DNA from: the human T2T-CHM13v2.0 reference genome, Homo sapiens
DNA length: 64,000 nt
Assembly (NCBI RefSeq): GCF_009914755.1
Contig: NC_060940.1
Reading direction: 5' to 3' (one strand)
In this document: piece by piece, positions 29,181 through 46,669 of the stretch
Numbering within the stretch: position 1 is the stretch's first letter
How the letters are laid out: each line of letters begins with the position of its first letter
Notes under the pieces: model-generated
The model's input: only the letters and a program-made list of their open reading frames with translations
Database searches by the model: none
What the model was told of the DNA's origin: nothing
Program-made: the position numbers and the translations under genes

Positions 29181-29503
29181 ATGAATAATACCTCAAAAGC
29201 ATAGACAACAACAAAAGCAGAACAACCCCAAAAGAAAATGGGATTATATCAAACTAAAAAGCTTCTGTGCAGCAAAGAAAACATTCAACAGAGTAAAGAT
29301 ACAGTCCCTTGAATGGGAGAAAATACTTGCAAACTATTCATTTGAAAGGGGATTAATATTCTGAATATACAAGGAACTCATAACACCTCAACAGCAAAAA
29401 ACAATCTGATAAAAAAATGAGCAAATGATCTGGACAGACATCTCTCAAAAGAAGACATGCAAATGACAATACATAAATTAATTAATAAAGCTCAACATCA
29501 CTA

Positions 29504-29890
<387 letters not shown>

Positions 29891-30149
29891 AACCAAAAAA
29901 ATAATTCATATGCCGGTGAGGATGTGGAGAAAAGAGAACTCTTATATGCTGTTGGTAGGAATGTAAACTATAGAGAATAGTATGGAGGTTCTTCAAAAAA
30001 CTGCAAATAGAACTAACATGTGATCCAGCAGTTCCACTACTGGGCATTTATCCAAAGGAAAGGAAATCAGTATATTGAACAGACATCTGTACCCCGTGTT
30101 TATTGCACCACTGCTCATAATACCAAGATATGGAATCAACCAAGGTGTC

Positions 30150-30584
30150 TGCCATAGTTTAGATATTTATTCCCCCAAACCTCATGTTGAAATTTGATCC
30201 TCAATATTGGAGATAGAGCCTAATGGGAGGTATTTGGGTCATGGGTGTGGATTCCTCATAAATTACTTTGGTGCCATCCTCATGGTAATGAGTGAGTTCT
30301 CAAGTTCTCACTCTAGTAGGTCCTGCAAGAGCTGGTTGTTAAAAAGAGCCTGGTGCCTTCCGCCTCCCTGTCTTCCTTCTTCTCTTGCCATGTGATCTCT
30401 GCATATGCAAGGTATCCTTCCCCTTCTGCCATGAGTGGCAGCAGCCTGAAGCCCTCACCAGTAGCAGTTGCTGGCAGCATGCTTCTTGTATAGCCAGCAG
30501 AATCATGAACCAAATAAGCCTCTTTTCTTAATAAATTACCTGAATTCAAGTATTCCTTTATAGCAACACAAATGGACTATGATA
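30150..30584 (+). mobile_element. MSTB-like MaLR solo LTR inside an L1MA
   Basis: MST-like start and end (tagcaacacaaatggacta); TSD gtgtc/ctgtc; L1 sequence resumes on both sides. Confidence 0.85.
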
Positions 30585-31650
30585 CTGTCCAACAGAAGAT
30601 GAATAGATAATACAGATGTGGTATATATGAACAATGGAGTACTATTCAGTCATAAAAATGAATGAAATCCTGCCATAGCAAAATGGATGGAACTGGAGAG
30701 TGTTATGTTAAGTGAAATAAGCCAAGAACAGAAAGTTAAGCACCACATGTTGTAAGTCATATGTGGAAGCTAAAAAGATTTGATCTCATAAAAGTAAAAG
30801 GTAGAACAGAGGACACTAGAGGCTGGGAAGGGTATGAGGAGGAAGGGTACACTAGGAAGGAAGAGATTTGTTAAAGGATATAAAATTACAGCTAAATAGG
30901 AGGAATAAGTTATAGTGTTCTATACCACTGTAGGATGACTATAGTTAATAGTGATATATAGTTTCAAATAGCTGGAAGGAGGATATTGAATGTATTCAAC
31001 ACAAAGACATGATAAATATTTGAGATGATAGGTATGCTAATTATACTGATCTGATCTATATATATAGTATACACATCAAAACATCACTATGTACCTCATA
31101 AATATATGCCATTATTATATGTCAATTTAAAAGTAAAATAAATACATGAAAAAAGAAGGCAATTTATAGCAGCAATGTTTGTAATTATAAAAAATCCAGA
31201 GATGGCCTAATTAACTTTAAACAAATCGTAGTATGTTCACAAAATAGATGGCCATGAAAATGAATGAACTACACTACTGATACGGTTTGGATCTTTGTCC
31301 TCAACCAAATCTCATGTTGAATTGTAATCCCCAGTGCTGGAGGTGGGGCCTGGTGGGAGGTGTTTGGATCATGGGGGTGGATCCTTCATGTCTTGGTGCT
31401 GTTGTTGTGATAGTGAATTATTGCAAGAGCTGTTCTTTTTTTTTTATACTTTAAGTTCTAGGGTACATATGCACAACGTGCAGGTTTGTTACATATGTAT
31501 ACATGTGCCATATTGGTGTGCTGCACCCATTAACTCGTCATTTACATTACGTATCTCTCCTAATGCTATCCCCCCACAACCCCACCCCATGACAGGCCCC
31601 GGTGTGTGATGTCCCCCTTCCTGTGTCCAAGTGTTCTTGTTGTTCAGTTC

Positions 31651-35486
<3,836 letters not shown>

Positions 35487-35549
35487 TATGATATTAGCTG
35501 GTTATTTTGCTCGTTAGTTGATGCAGTTTCTTCCTAGCCTCGATGGTCT

Positions 35550-36567
35550 TTACAATTTGGCATGTTTTTGCAGTGGCTGGTACCGGTTGTTCCTTTCCAT
35601 GTTTAGTGCTTCCTTCAGGAGCTCTTTTAGGGCAGGCCTGGTGGTGACAAAATCTCTCAGCATTTGCTTGTCTGTAAGTCATCTTATTTCTCCTTCACTT
35701 ATGAAGCTTAGTTTGGCTGGATATGAAATTCTGGGTTGAAAATTCTTTTCTTTAAGAATGTTAAATATTGGCCCCCACTCTCTTCTGGCTTGTAGAGTTT
35801 CTGCCGAGAGATCCACTGTTAGTCTGATGGGCTTCCCTTTGTGGGTAACCCGACCTTTCTCTCTGGCTGCCCTTAACCTTTTTTCCTTCATTTCAACTTT
35901 TGTGAGTCTGAAAATTATGTGTCTTGGAGTTGCTGTTCTCGAGGAATATCTCTGTGGTGTTCTCTGTATTTCCTGAATTTGACTGTCGGCCTGCCTTGCT
36001 AGGTTGGGGAAATTCTCCTGGATAATATCCTGCAGAGTGTTTTCCAACTTGGTTCCATTCTCCCGGTCACTTTCAGGTACACCAATCAGACGTAGATTTG
36101 GTTTTTTCACATAGTCCCATACTTCTTGGAGGCTTTGTTCATTTCTTTTTACTCTTTTTTCTCTAAACTCCTCTTCTCGCTTCATTTCATTCATTTGATC
36201 TTCAATTACTGATACCCTTTCTTCCAGTTGATCGAATTGGCTACTGAAGCTTGTGCATTCATCATGCAGTTCTTGTGCCATAGTTTTCAGCTCCATCAGG
36301 TCATTTAAGGACTTCTCTACACTGGTTATTCTAGTTAGCCATTCGTCTAATCTATTTTCAAGGTTTTTAGCTTCTTTGCGATGGGTTCGAACTTCCTCCT
36401 TTTGCTCGGAGTAGTTTGATCATCTGAAGCCTTCTTATCTCAACTCGTCAAAGTCATTCTCCATCCAGCTTTGTTCCATTGCTGGTGAGGAGCTGCGTTC
36501 GTTTGGAGGGGGGAGAGGTGCTCTGATTTTTAGAATTTTCAGCTTTTCTGCTCTGTTTTTTCCCCAT
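35550..36567 (-). pseudogene. L1 ORF1p, disrupted
   Basis: ATGGGGAAAAAACAG start at 36567. ORF 35679-36296 is the ORF1p coiled-coil/RRM (EKRVKRNEQSLQEVWDYVK...ARREWG). +1 frameshift near 36510 and in-frame TGA at 35679. Confidence 0.9.
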
Positions 36568-37142
36568 CTTTGTGGTTTTATCTGGCTTTGGTCTTTGATG
36601 ATGGTGACGTACAGGTGGCGTTTTGGTGTGGATGCCCTTTCTATTTGTTAGTTTTCCTTCTAACAGTCAGGACCCTCAGCTGCAGGTCTGTTGGAGTTTG
36701 CTGGAGGTCTACTCCAGACCCTTTTTGCCTTAGTATCAGCAGCAGAGGTTGCAGAACAGCGAATATTGCTGAACAGCAAATGTTGCTGCCTGATCGTTCC
36801 TCTGGAAGCTTTGTCTCAGAGGGGTACCCGGCCGTGTGGGGTGTCAGTCTGCCCCTACTGGGGGGTGCCTCCTAGTTAGGCTACTTGGGGGTCAGGGACC
36901 CACTTGTGGAGGCAGTCTATCCATTCTCAGATCTCAAACTCTGTGCTGGGAGAACCACTACTCTCTTCAAAGCTGTCAGACAGGGACATTTAAGTTTGCA
37001 GAGGTTTCTGCTGCCTTTTGTTCGGCTATGCCCTGCCCCCAGAGGTGGAGTCTACAGAGGCAGGCTGGCATCCTTGAGTTGCGGTAGTCTCCACCCAGTT
37101 TGAGCTTCCCAGCCGCTTTGTTTACCTACTGAAGCCTCAGCA

Positions 37143-37406
37143 ATGGCAGGCACCCCTCCCCCAGCCTCGCTGCCGCCTTGCAGTTTGATCTCAGACTGCT
37201 GTGCTAGCAATGAGCCAGGCTCCGTGGGCATGGGACCCTCTGAGCCAGGCGCAGGATATAATCTCCTGGTGTGCCTTTTGCTGAGACCATTGGAAAAGCA
37301 CAGTATTAGGGTGGAAGCGACCCAATTTTCCAGTTGCCATCTGTCACAGCTTCCCTTGGCTAGGAAAGGGAATTCCCTGAACCCTTGTGCTTCCCAGGTG
37401 AGGTGA
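37143..37406 (+). CDS. L1 ORF0 (antisense ORF of the L1 5'UTR), open, 87 aa; expression unknown
   Basis: MAGTPPPASLPPCSLISDCCASN... matches primate ORF0 (MAGAPPPASLPPCSLISDCCASN); strong gcaATGg context. Confidence 0.6.
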   Translation: MAGTPPPASLPPCSLISDCCASNEPGSVGMGPSEPGAGYNLLVCLLLRPLEKHSIRVEATQFSSCHLSQLPLARKGNSLNPCASQVR

Positions 37407-39529
37407 TGCCTCACCCTGCTTTGGCTCTTGCTCGGTGGGCTGTACCCACTGTCCTGTACCTACTGTCCTGCACCCACTGACTGACAAGCCCCAGTGAGAT
37501 AAACCTGGTACCTCAGTTGGAAATGCAGAAATCACCCATCTTCTGCGTTGCTCACGCTGGGAATTGTAAACTGGAGCTGTTCCTATTCTGCCATCTTGGA
37601 ACCCCCCCTTGAGCTGTTCATTTAAAAGTGTGGCACCTCCCCACCACCCAGCTCTCTCTCTCTCTCGTTCCAGCTTTTGCCACATGTAGCACCTGCTCTC
37701 TCTTTGCCTTCTGCCATGATTGTAAGCTTTCTGAGGATTCCCCAGAAGCAGAAGCTGCTATGCTTCCTGTACAGCCTTCAGAACCATGAGCCAATTAAGC
37801 CTCTTTTCTTTATAAATTACACAGGCTCAGGTATTTCTTTATAGTAGTTCAAGAATAGCCTAATACAACTACCAAGGGCAACAGAACAACATAGATTATT
37901 CTTAGTAATATCTTGTGGAGTGAAAAAGAAAGCCAGACTTTATTCAATATGGCTTATTATATAACTTTGAAAATAAGCAAAAAAAAAAAAAGTATGTGGG
38001 TATTCCTTGTATTCACTATCTTATACTCATTACTTTTTTCAAAATTATGAAATAGACTGAAAATAAAAATAAAGAGAGTCATATGTAAACTCTTGGTGAT
38101 AGAGAATTGTGAACCAAAGATAATGACTAATATCATTTTATGTGTCGGATAAGAAAAAAGAAATTAAAGATCAGAAAGTCAGTTTCTGTGTCTAACATCA
38201 TATAAATACAAAGGCATAAAGCCTGAAGTTAGTCAGTGAGGTTTAAGTCCAATATCCCTTCATCATATCATTGTACCACAAAGAACAGCAGAATAGAACA
38301 GAGTAGCTCCTTAAGATCACTCTGCACACAGGTTCTAAAATTACAGAAGTTGTTTATTCCTGACAAAATTACAGGTGTTTATTCCTTAGTAACATGGTTC
38401 TCTAAGACCCTTATGTCTAATTTATAAAATATTATGTCTCCTCATAGTTTTATAGCATTCTGCTTGAAAATAATGAAATAAGAAAACAGATAGACCAAAA
38501 TGCAGAGAAAAGAACTGACACTTTACATATTTAGAATAAACTGAAAGCAAATTTTGTAGTGCATTCTACCATTCACTTTGACTCAAGCATCTTTTCAACC
38601 TTTTTCATAATATTTTTACTTTATCAGAGATGAAAGGAGCATTCGAGATCATCTATTCAAATCTTATTTTACAGATAAAGTTCCCAAGGTGACAGTGTTC
38701 AAAGCCAAGCCAAGACTCAAGGTCAGTTCTCCTGGTATCTAAATCCCATGGTGGTTTCTAGCCCTGACCCAGTGACCCAAGGGATTTTCATCATTCCACA
38801 CAGAATAATGCTTTTAGAAGCAATTTGAGAAAGAGAAAGTGAATGGCACATATTCTACTGTATTCCTCACAGGGGAGATAGCTCTACCACAATTTGCTAT
38901 GCTTCTACAAAGTGTAATCTCAGTGGAATTTAGCAGCTACCCCACGGAGCCAATCCCCCTAATGCTTCAGGTAGACTTTCATAAAGTTAAGCAGGGAAGG
39001 GAAGTAAATTAGCAACCACTTAAAGTATAAAGGGATGTAATTGGGAATATGCTTAGTTCTTGCCTATTTTTAAGTAGGGAAAGGTTTAAAATGCTTCGTT
39101 GATATATTTGAAAAGAGATATCGCTTTTTAGGAAACCCAAGTTAAATCTAACTCCAACTTGTAAAAAATGTCTTATTTTTATTAATAAAGAGTAAGCCCT
39201 TTGAACGCTATCCAATCCAAGAAACATCAGGCTTTCAAATTTATGTTGTAGTCTTGCCTATAAACAAAACAACGTCATTTCCTCTCTTTGCGAATCCCTT
39301 CTCCTGCCCAGATAGCAACTTTTCAGACTCCTGCCTAACATTTAAATTGCAGTTAATATTTTACCTTCTCTGATCTCCCAACTCATTATGCTTCTTTCCT
39401 GGAATTAGTCCACCACATTATTACCTTATCACAGTACTCATGGCAATAGAACTTGCTTGAGGGTTGCTAATATGCATGTTTACCATGGCTTTGTGGCCCT
39501 CAGGAAGGCAGGTACTCTGTCTTATTCAC

Positions 39530-40040
39530 TGTGCAGATGGTTAGCCAATTTGGTCTGAGCCCCATTCTTGCCTCTCAGTGTTCTGCCGTGTGTTGTGGGA
39601 GTCTATGAACCTGTGAATTACATTCCCTTGAGTCCCGTAACTTGTAGCTTCTGCTGGGTTCAGCTAATGCGGATAGAAAGAGGGGAGACACTACTCCTTT
39701 CTTGGACTTTTTGGTAAGATCCACATGGGACATTGCCAGGAATGATGGAGGCTGGAGCAACTGTGAAATTGCTGGGAGGGCAGTATTCTGGGTATCTGCT
39801 CAGGCAGCTCAGCTCCAACTGTGGATCCCCAGGAGCACTGTGCTGTGTGCTCCAGGTAACATTATTGGCTCCTTTGCTTCTCCAATCCAAACATGGTAAT
39901 GCTTTCCTGCAGTTATTAATCTTTGGATAATCTTGGCTTCTGTTCCCATGGCCCTTTCAATACCCATCTAAGAAAATTCCATATTACCCCCCTTGTATTT
40001 GAAATTCATAGAATGGTTCCGTTTATTCATAGTTGAAACT
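39530..40040 (+). mobile_element. Old ERVL LTR (LTR16/LTR33-like)
   Basis: ttacattccctt.agtccc motif and LTR-like 3' end; strongly diverged. Confidence 0.45.
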
Positions 40041-40549
40041 AGGGCAATAGTGCAATGTTGAATACAAAATAAGGAGTTAAAAATAATTTGGATGAGAGAA
40101 GGTCCTTCCTAACTAAATATAATCCCAGGTCTGCAATTTTAAGACTCTGTAGTCACAAAATTCTTATAGCAAAACAGCTATTAATAAATTGATTATTTAT
40201 AAAATCAGGCCCTTCTCAATGGTCATTCTTGCTTACACTAGCATAGATGCCCCTCACTCCTGTGTTAGGTCATTTCTAGGTTAGTTCATTGTTGAGTATA
40301 AGATGCTGTCAACATTATCTGTATATAGCAAATTAAATGCAAATTTATTTCAAACCTCAAAAGATAATGATTTGAATATCAAGAGATTAAGAAAAGCCTT
40401 TGGAAAAATTGATGAATACCAAACATATTTTTGAGAAATTTACCTTTTGTATTTATGCTGTTAAAGTCAGACAGATGCAAACAGTGTCTTCTGCTGTCAT
40501 ACAAATTTGTCAGAAAAATAATGCAAAGATGAAAAAAAAAAAACTTGGC

Positions 40550-40995
40550 ATGAGATCGATAGTTTAATGGCTACAAATTCTTCCCATTCCAGTATATACC
40601 TCTTTTTGCAATGTGACATTGCCACTTTTCTCATACTGAAGTAAAATCTATTTCTCTGTTCTGTTCCATTTGTGCTGGACTTGTGATTTGCTTTGTTGAA
40701 TAGAATGTGGTGGGAGTGACATGGTGTGACCATTAGAGATAAGGCCTCAAGAGATCTTGTAGCTGACACCTTTAATCCTCTTTGACCACTGCTCAAAGAC
40801 CTCCATGTCAAGAAGACACTCTAATCATGTGAAGGAGAACTAAAGTGCTACATCCGGTCCCTAACAACATATGAGAGAGGCCATCTTGGATTTTCTAGCC
40901 CTACTAATCATCAAAATATCAGAAATAATAAACTATTGTCTTCAGGTACTAAGTTTTGGGGTCGTTTTTATACAGCAAAGTTTGATCGAAATACA
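40550..40995 (+). mobile_element. MLT1 (F-H-like) MaLR LTR
   Basis: atggctacaaattct, ttgtgatttgctttg...aatagaatgtgg, taagttttgggg...tttta.acagca. Confidence 0.75.
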
Positions 40996-42689
40996 ATATT
41001 TGCTTCAGTTTTAGATTATTTTAATAACTAGCAAAGAGTTGCAACATTTTCGTAATGATTACTTTTGTTTTCTTTTAAAGATGATGCTGTTTGCCTTATA
41101 AAATAATTAACAATGAGATATTTTACCCATCCCAAATAATTTTATAACCAATTTTATATTTCCTTTGGACGATATTCTATAAATGAACAAATCTTTGCCA
41201 TGGTCATAAATCTCACTTTCTGAAAGGCAAGAGGAATGTGCAAGTTTTTATGAGTTTTTTGTGAACCCTAATATAGATTCATATTGGCAAGAAAAATAGC
41301 TTATTTAATAAGGAGGCCAATAATCTTGACAATATATAATGTCATGAGTTATTTTCAAGATAATCCATGAGTTTTACAAAATTTTCCTTTATGTATTAAA
41401 TAAAATTAACAGAATCATTATGTAAAAGTGCAATTTGTTCAAGAATGTGAAGCTTTATGATTTATCTATGCATCCTTTCGGGGAGGCTCCACTTCACTGA
41501 TTTTCTTGAAAATGAGTCAACTGAAGAGAAGATACCTATAAAACTATATACTCAAGATCTAAAGTCCTTGAAAAATTGCTAAATTATAACTATATATAAC
41601 AATACAGATATACATATTCTGTATCTATCTATCTATAACACATATATCATAAATAATGTCTCACACATGTGTCATAAATAATGTCTCATGACTTATAAGA
41701 AACAAGAAGTTAAGAAAAAGCACAATCGCATGAAATAGAATAAGTAATAATCTTAATCTGATAGAGGATCTATATTCAATGGTACTTAAATGAAGTTCTT
41801 CTGCAGGAAAATTTCAACTTTCTTAATTTAACCTAGACATTCAATGGCATAAATAATTTTGCAAGGACTTTGTAGTTGAAAAAGGTTCACATCAAATACT
41901 AGGTCTTATTCATTCTTTTGAACTATTTTTTGTACATTCTTTCAAACTATTCTTTGACTATACCCACCTCCTCCCCACCCTCCCAGTACCCTTTGTGGGT
42001 AGCTTTTTAATAAAGGGATCATGAATATAATGGATTTCAATAATATAATTTTTTAGTGTAAAAATTGATCTGGGGTAACATCATCCAAAAATATAGCAAT
42101 ATACTACAGAAATTTGGAAGGACCAAATAAAATATTCTACCACGCTGCTCTCTGGCAAATATCATACCTATGATATATGTTTTAAAAATCTAAGGCTGAG
42201 TATATTAAACCTTTGGTTTGGGATAAATGCTTAGTGACATCAAATACATTTATAATGATAATTATGTATGATTATGTATGTAATGTATTTGAAAGTTTTA
42301 AAAAAGTTTCTTGAGTTTATTTTTATATTAATAATAATTACACTCATTTATTACACCCTCACTGTGTTACAGAAATTGGGTGAGACACTTAGTATTAATT
42401 ATTCTCACATAATATTCACAACCAACCTGGAAGGGAAGTGCAAATACCAAGGTTTAGAAAGATTTGATGATTTACTGTAGTAGGTGAGAGGAGTTGAAAT
42501 TCAAAGCTTTTGCTCTCAGTCTCATTCTTTTCACAATTTTATTCACCTAGGCCACTTGCTCAGTAAATCTTCACTGTAATCATTTTTGTTCCACATTTAG
42601 GCCTTGTTTTGCTAGAAATTTTTTTCCTTTTATTTTTCATATCCATGCCACATTATTTGAAATTTTGACCACAGTGTGCACACTATTTT

Positions 42690-43612
42690 TTTCATTTATT
42701 TATTTTTACTTTAAATGGACAAATGAAAGTTGTATATACTTATGTACAACATGATGTTCTAAAATTTGTATATGTTTTTGGAATAGCTAAATCAAGCTAA
42801 TTAACAGATGCCTTACCCCACATATGTACCATGTTTTTTTGGTGAGAACATTTAGAACCTACTCTCTGAGCATCTTTTAAGAAAAAAAAAAACATTTTTT
42901 TTTAACTATAGTCACCATGTTGTATAATTGATCTCTTGAACTTATTTCTCCTGTCTAACTACAATTGTGTGTCCTTTGAACAACATGTCCTCAACCCTCC
43001 TTTCTCCAGCCTCTGGTAACCAGCCTCTGGTAACTGTCTGCTTTTGAGTTCAACTTTTTTAGTCTGTAAATAGGTGAGATCATGTAGTATTTGCCTTTTT
43101 GTGTTTGACTTATTTCACTTAACATAATGTCCTTCAGATTTATTCAGGTTGTCACAAATGATAGCATTTCCTTCTTCTTTTTTTTTTTTTTTTTTGGAGT
43201 CTTGTTCTGTTGCCTGGGCTGGAGTGTAGTGGTGTGATCTCAGTTCACTGCAACCTCTGCCTCCCAGGTTCAAGCAATTTTCTGCCTCAGCCTCCCAGGT
43301 AGCTGGGATTACAGGCACCCACCACCATGCCCAGCTAATTTTTGTATTTTTAGTAGAGACAGGGTTTCACCATCTTGGCCAGGCTGGTCTCGAGCTCCTG
43401 ACCTTGTGACCTACCTGCCTCAGCCTCCTGAAGTGCTGGAATTACAGACATGAGCCACTATTTCCTTCTTTTAAAAGGCTAAATAGTATTCTATTGTGTA
43501 TATCGATCACATTTTAAAAATCCATTCATTTGTTGATGGTCACTTTGGTGACTGAGCACTTTGATTCCATATCTTGGCTACTGTGAATTATGCTGCAATG
43601 AATATGGAAGCA
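42690..43612 (-). mobile_element. L1MA 3' end with Alu insertion
   Basis: actatagtcaccatgttgta, gatctcttgaacttatt, ttcacttaacataatgtcc. Confidence 0.85.
43172..43458 (-). mobile_element. AluS, missing its first ~12 nt
   Basis: Flanked by near-identical ttccttctt repeats. Confidence 0.9.
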
Positions 43613-43949
43613 TGCACACTAATTTGTTTCAGAGGACTATTGAATGTATACTCTTAGTAAGGTACCCTGCATGTAATCTTTCACTTTTATTTACCACCAT
43701 GATGTATCAACATACACCAGGAAAATGTTATCTGTGAGCAATCTAGGTGGTTTATTTCACTGAGTTCAATATTTATCCACAAAGAGCAAAGCACATTTTT
43801 TCTCTTTTGAGACTGTACGACCTAAAAATTTAATGTACATGATTTCAGTAAGATTGGAAGGAAACTTGCTGTTAAATGTTTTTCAAGGAGAAATTAGTTA
43901 CTGAAACATTGGCAATTTGTAATAATGTTACCCAGCTTTAAAGGCATCT

Positions 43950-44110
43950 AGTGTACCACTTTCTGCTTTGATGAAAATGTTCTGTATCTGCTTTATTTAA
44001 TATGGTAGCTGCTGGCCACATGTATTATTATTAAACCCTTGAAATATGGCCAGTGTGAGTGAACAATTGGCTCTAGTTCTAATATGGCTAGTATCTACCA
44101 TATTTAAAAG
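43950..44110. mobile_element. MER3 DNA transposon
   Basis: tgatgaaaatgttctgtatctgc, aatatggtagc...gccacatgt. Confidence 0.7.
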
Positions 44111-45529
44111 TAGGCCAAGATGAAAAGATTTCATGCATGTATCTACCTTATAGGGCTTACTCCCCAGTCTCTAACTGGGAAGTGCTCAGATAGTACACAT
44201 AAAGTGAGCTAGCCTCTTCAAAAGATAAGTGAACTCTGTAAGTGCTTTCTTCCTTTTCGTGCTACTGTAAATATGGCACCACTGCCATGTTTGCAAAAGT
44301 AACAACCAATTTTACTTGTAGGAGGTTAATCTCAGCTATCCTCACTCTTCTATAACAGTAGTTTTCTACCTGAGAGTTGGAGAATTGCTCCCTTAAGGCA
44401 CATCAGTTGACAGGCATGAAACTTGCTGTGTGTTGTGGATCTGAAGATCTAGGTGGTAGGTGGATTTGATTTCCCTGGACCTGCCTGAGGCCAAAATTGT
44501 TTCTGCTTCATTGTTCTGAGAAATGGAAACATTCCATGAGGCAGTCTAAAGTTCTAAAACATAAATGCTGGTAGATATATAAAATTTTCAAAGTCCTCAT
44601 CTATTGAATTCTTTGTTTTGTATAGTAACTGTGTTCCCTTAAGCTTAAATCACTTCACTATAAAGACATCACAAATCTAAGCATGATATTTTCTAACACT
44701 ATTCATTCCTGCTGGGATAAGCTTTTTCTATCAGGGAGGTGAAATTCTGAATGCTGTAGTCACCGGGTTTCATGGAGACAAAACTGTACAGGAGGCAAAC
44801 CCATCTTTGACACCTTAATTATCCTTTTCTTCATAGTCCCATTCCCCTCACCATACTCTACCCATTCTGCTTTTTTAAATGTTCTCTTCTGTTCAACTTT
44901 CTTGCATCAGATAATCTTTGCCCTCCCATGAATCATGACTGGTTCCTGGAAAAATGGCTGAAAATCTTGAGGTTCAAATATGGGTGATCTAATCTCCCCT
45001 TTTCAGTATTTTTGAATTTTAAGCATATTGTTATCTCTGTTTAAGGGGTTAAGTGTTTTGTCTTATGCTAAATGTATTTAAAACCTTTTGGTGAAATCAA
45101 TGATTTATTTTCTCATTCCTGAAATCTTACTCCAATTTTATGTATGCATTCTTTTTATGTGTTAAGTTAAACCTTGATTTAGTGTCACACTTATTTTTCT
45201 ATACCAAAGAAGACACCTAAATCAAGAATAATCATATAGAGAAACATAGTTGACAGTGAATTTTGGTGTTATGATGCCTCATGATATTAAATTAGAGATG
45301 AGAACATTCATGTAGTACTTATTTTACAGAAATATTAAAGCAATTTTTTTCTAAAAAGAAAAATTATTTTCTAATTATTTTAGAAAAAAAATTTAAACTC
45401 TATGTTCTCCTCTTTCAACTTCCCAGAGATGGTTAACCAACTTTTGTTGGAGGGAAATAATTTAGATAGAATGCTCTTCATGTCACACCTTTTTATCCCA
45501 TGGAAAACAGAAGCATATAAAACCATCAT

Positions 45530-46620
45530 TTAAAAAAATACTTCCACCCAATATAGAAGAACAGGGATCAGATTTATTCTTTTAATTGAAATAACCAATA
45601 TAAAGAGACAAAAATGTATAAAATAATGACTTTTAAGATATTACGTTTCAAGGGACAAAGTACAATCATCTCTGAAAGATGAGGAACAACGTGATCTCTC
45701 TAATTGCCTTAGCTTGCTGCCTGTAGAAAGTTTCCAGTCCATGGTATAGGGAGGGGAAACCTAGATTGAGTCTGATGGGTTCTCTGAGTTGAGGAGATGG
45801 ATCTGTGAGTTTGGAACATGAAGGCTGCTGTAATTCACAGGAGAGTCCAAGAGAGAAGCGAATTGCATAGAGAGAGAAACTTATTCATCTGTGGAAGTTT
45901 CCTCTTGAGTACTCAGCCAAATACTAATCAGCACATGTGTGTAAAGAAACTATCTGAGACCAGGAACAAACATTAAGAACTATTAGAGGGATGATTGCAT
46001 CACTGCACTCTAGCCTGAGTGATAGAGCAAGACACTGTTTCTAAAACAAATGAACAAACAAACAAACAATTAGAAGGAAGAGGTTTTATTACTCTCATAG
46101 GGCTGAGAATAGTGCTTATTTCTATTAGCCAGACAAGAAAAACTCGTAATTCTTAGGGCATTGGATAGAATATTCAGGAAAGTCTTGTCTCAGTGGCTCT
46201 AGGTTAAGAACTACTTCACACTCACCTGAAAAAATTATAAAAGCAAGACTTAAATGAATCAAATTATTGTTAAGTAACTTAACTGCAGCCTAGAACAAAA
46301 CTCAAGAATGTTTGTAGGGATACAAAAATCTAGCAACCAATAATGTAAATTTTACACAACATCTGGCATCTAATTATAGATTGCCAGGCATGCAAAAAAG
46401 CAAGAAATACCACCTATAATGAGGAAAATAATCCATAATAATCTAATATTACTATTATAATCTAACAAAGATGTAGAATGAGCAGATAAAGATGTTAAGT
46501 GACTTAATTATTTTTTATATGCTCAAAGGGTTAAGTAGTACCATGGAAGAAATGAAAAGGATGTGAGTTGAAGTTTTACAACTAAAAGATACAATACCTG
46601 ATATAAAAAATTCTGAAAGT
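45530..46620 (+). mobile_element. Old L1M (L1MC/MD-type) 5' region
   Basis: Diverged L1M 5'UTR/ORF1-start motifs (taacttaactgc..cc.agaacaaaactcaagaat, ccaggcatgcaaa). Confidence 0.55.
45991..46064 (+). mobile_element. Very short 3' Alu fragment
   Basis: atgattgcatcactgcactctagcctg...; flanks aactattagaggga / aacaattagaagga. Confidence 0.8.
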
Positions 46621-46669
46621 AATAGCATATTAAATATGGCAGACTAAGAGATTACTGAACTTGTGTGTA

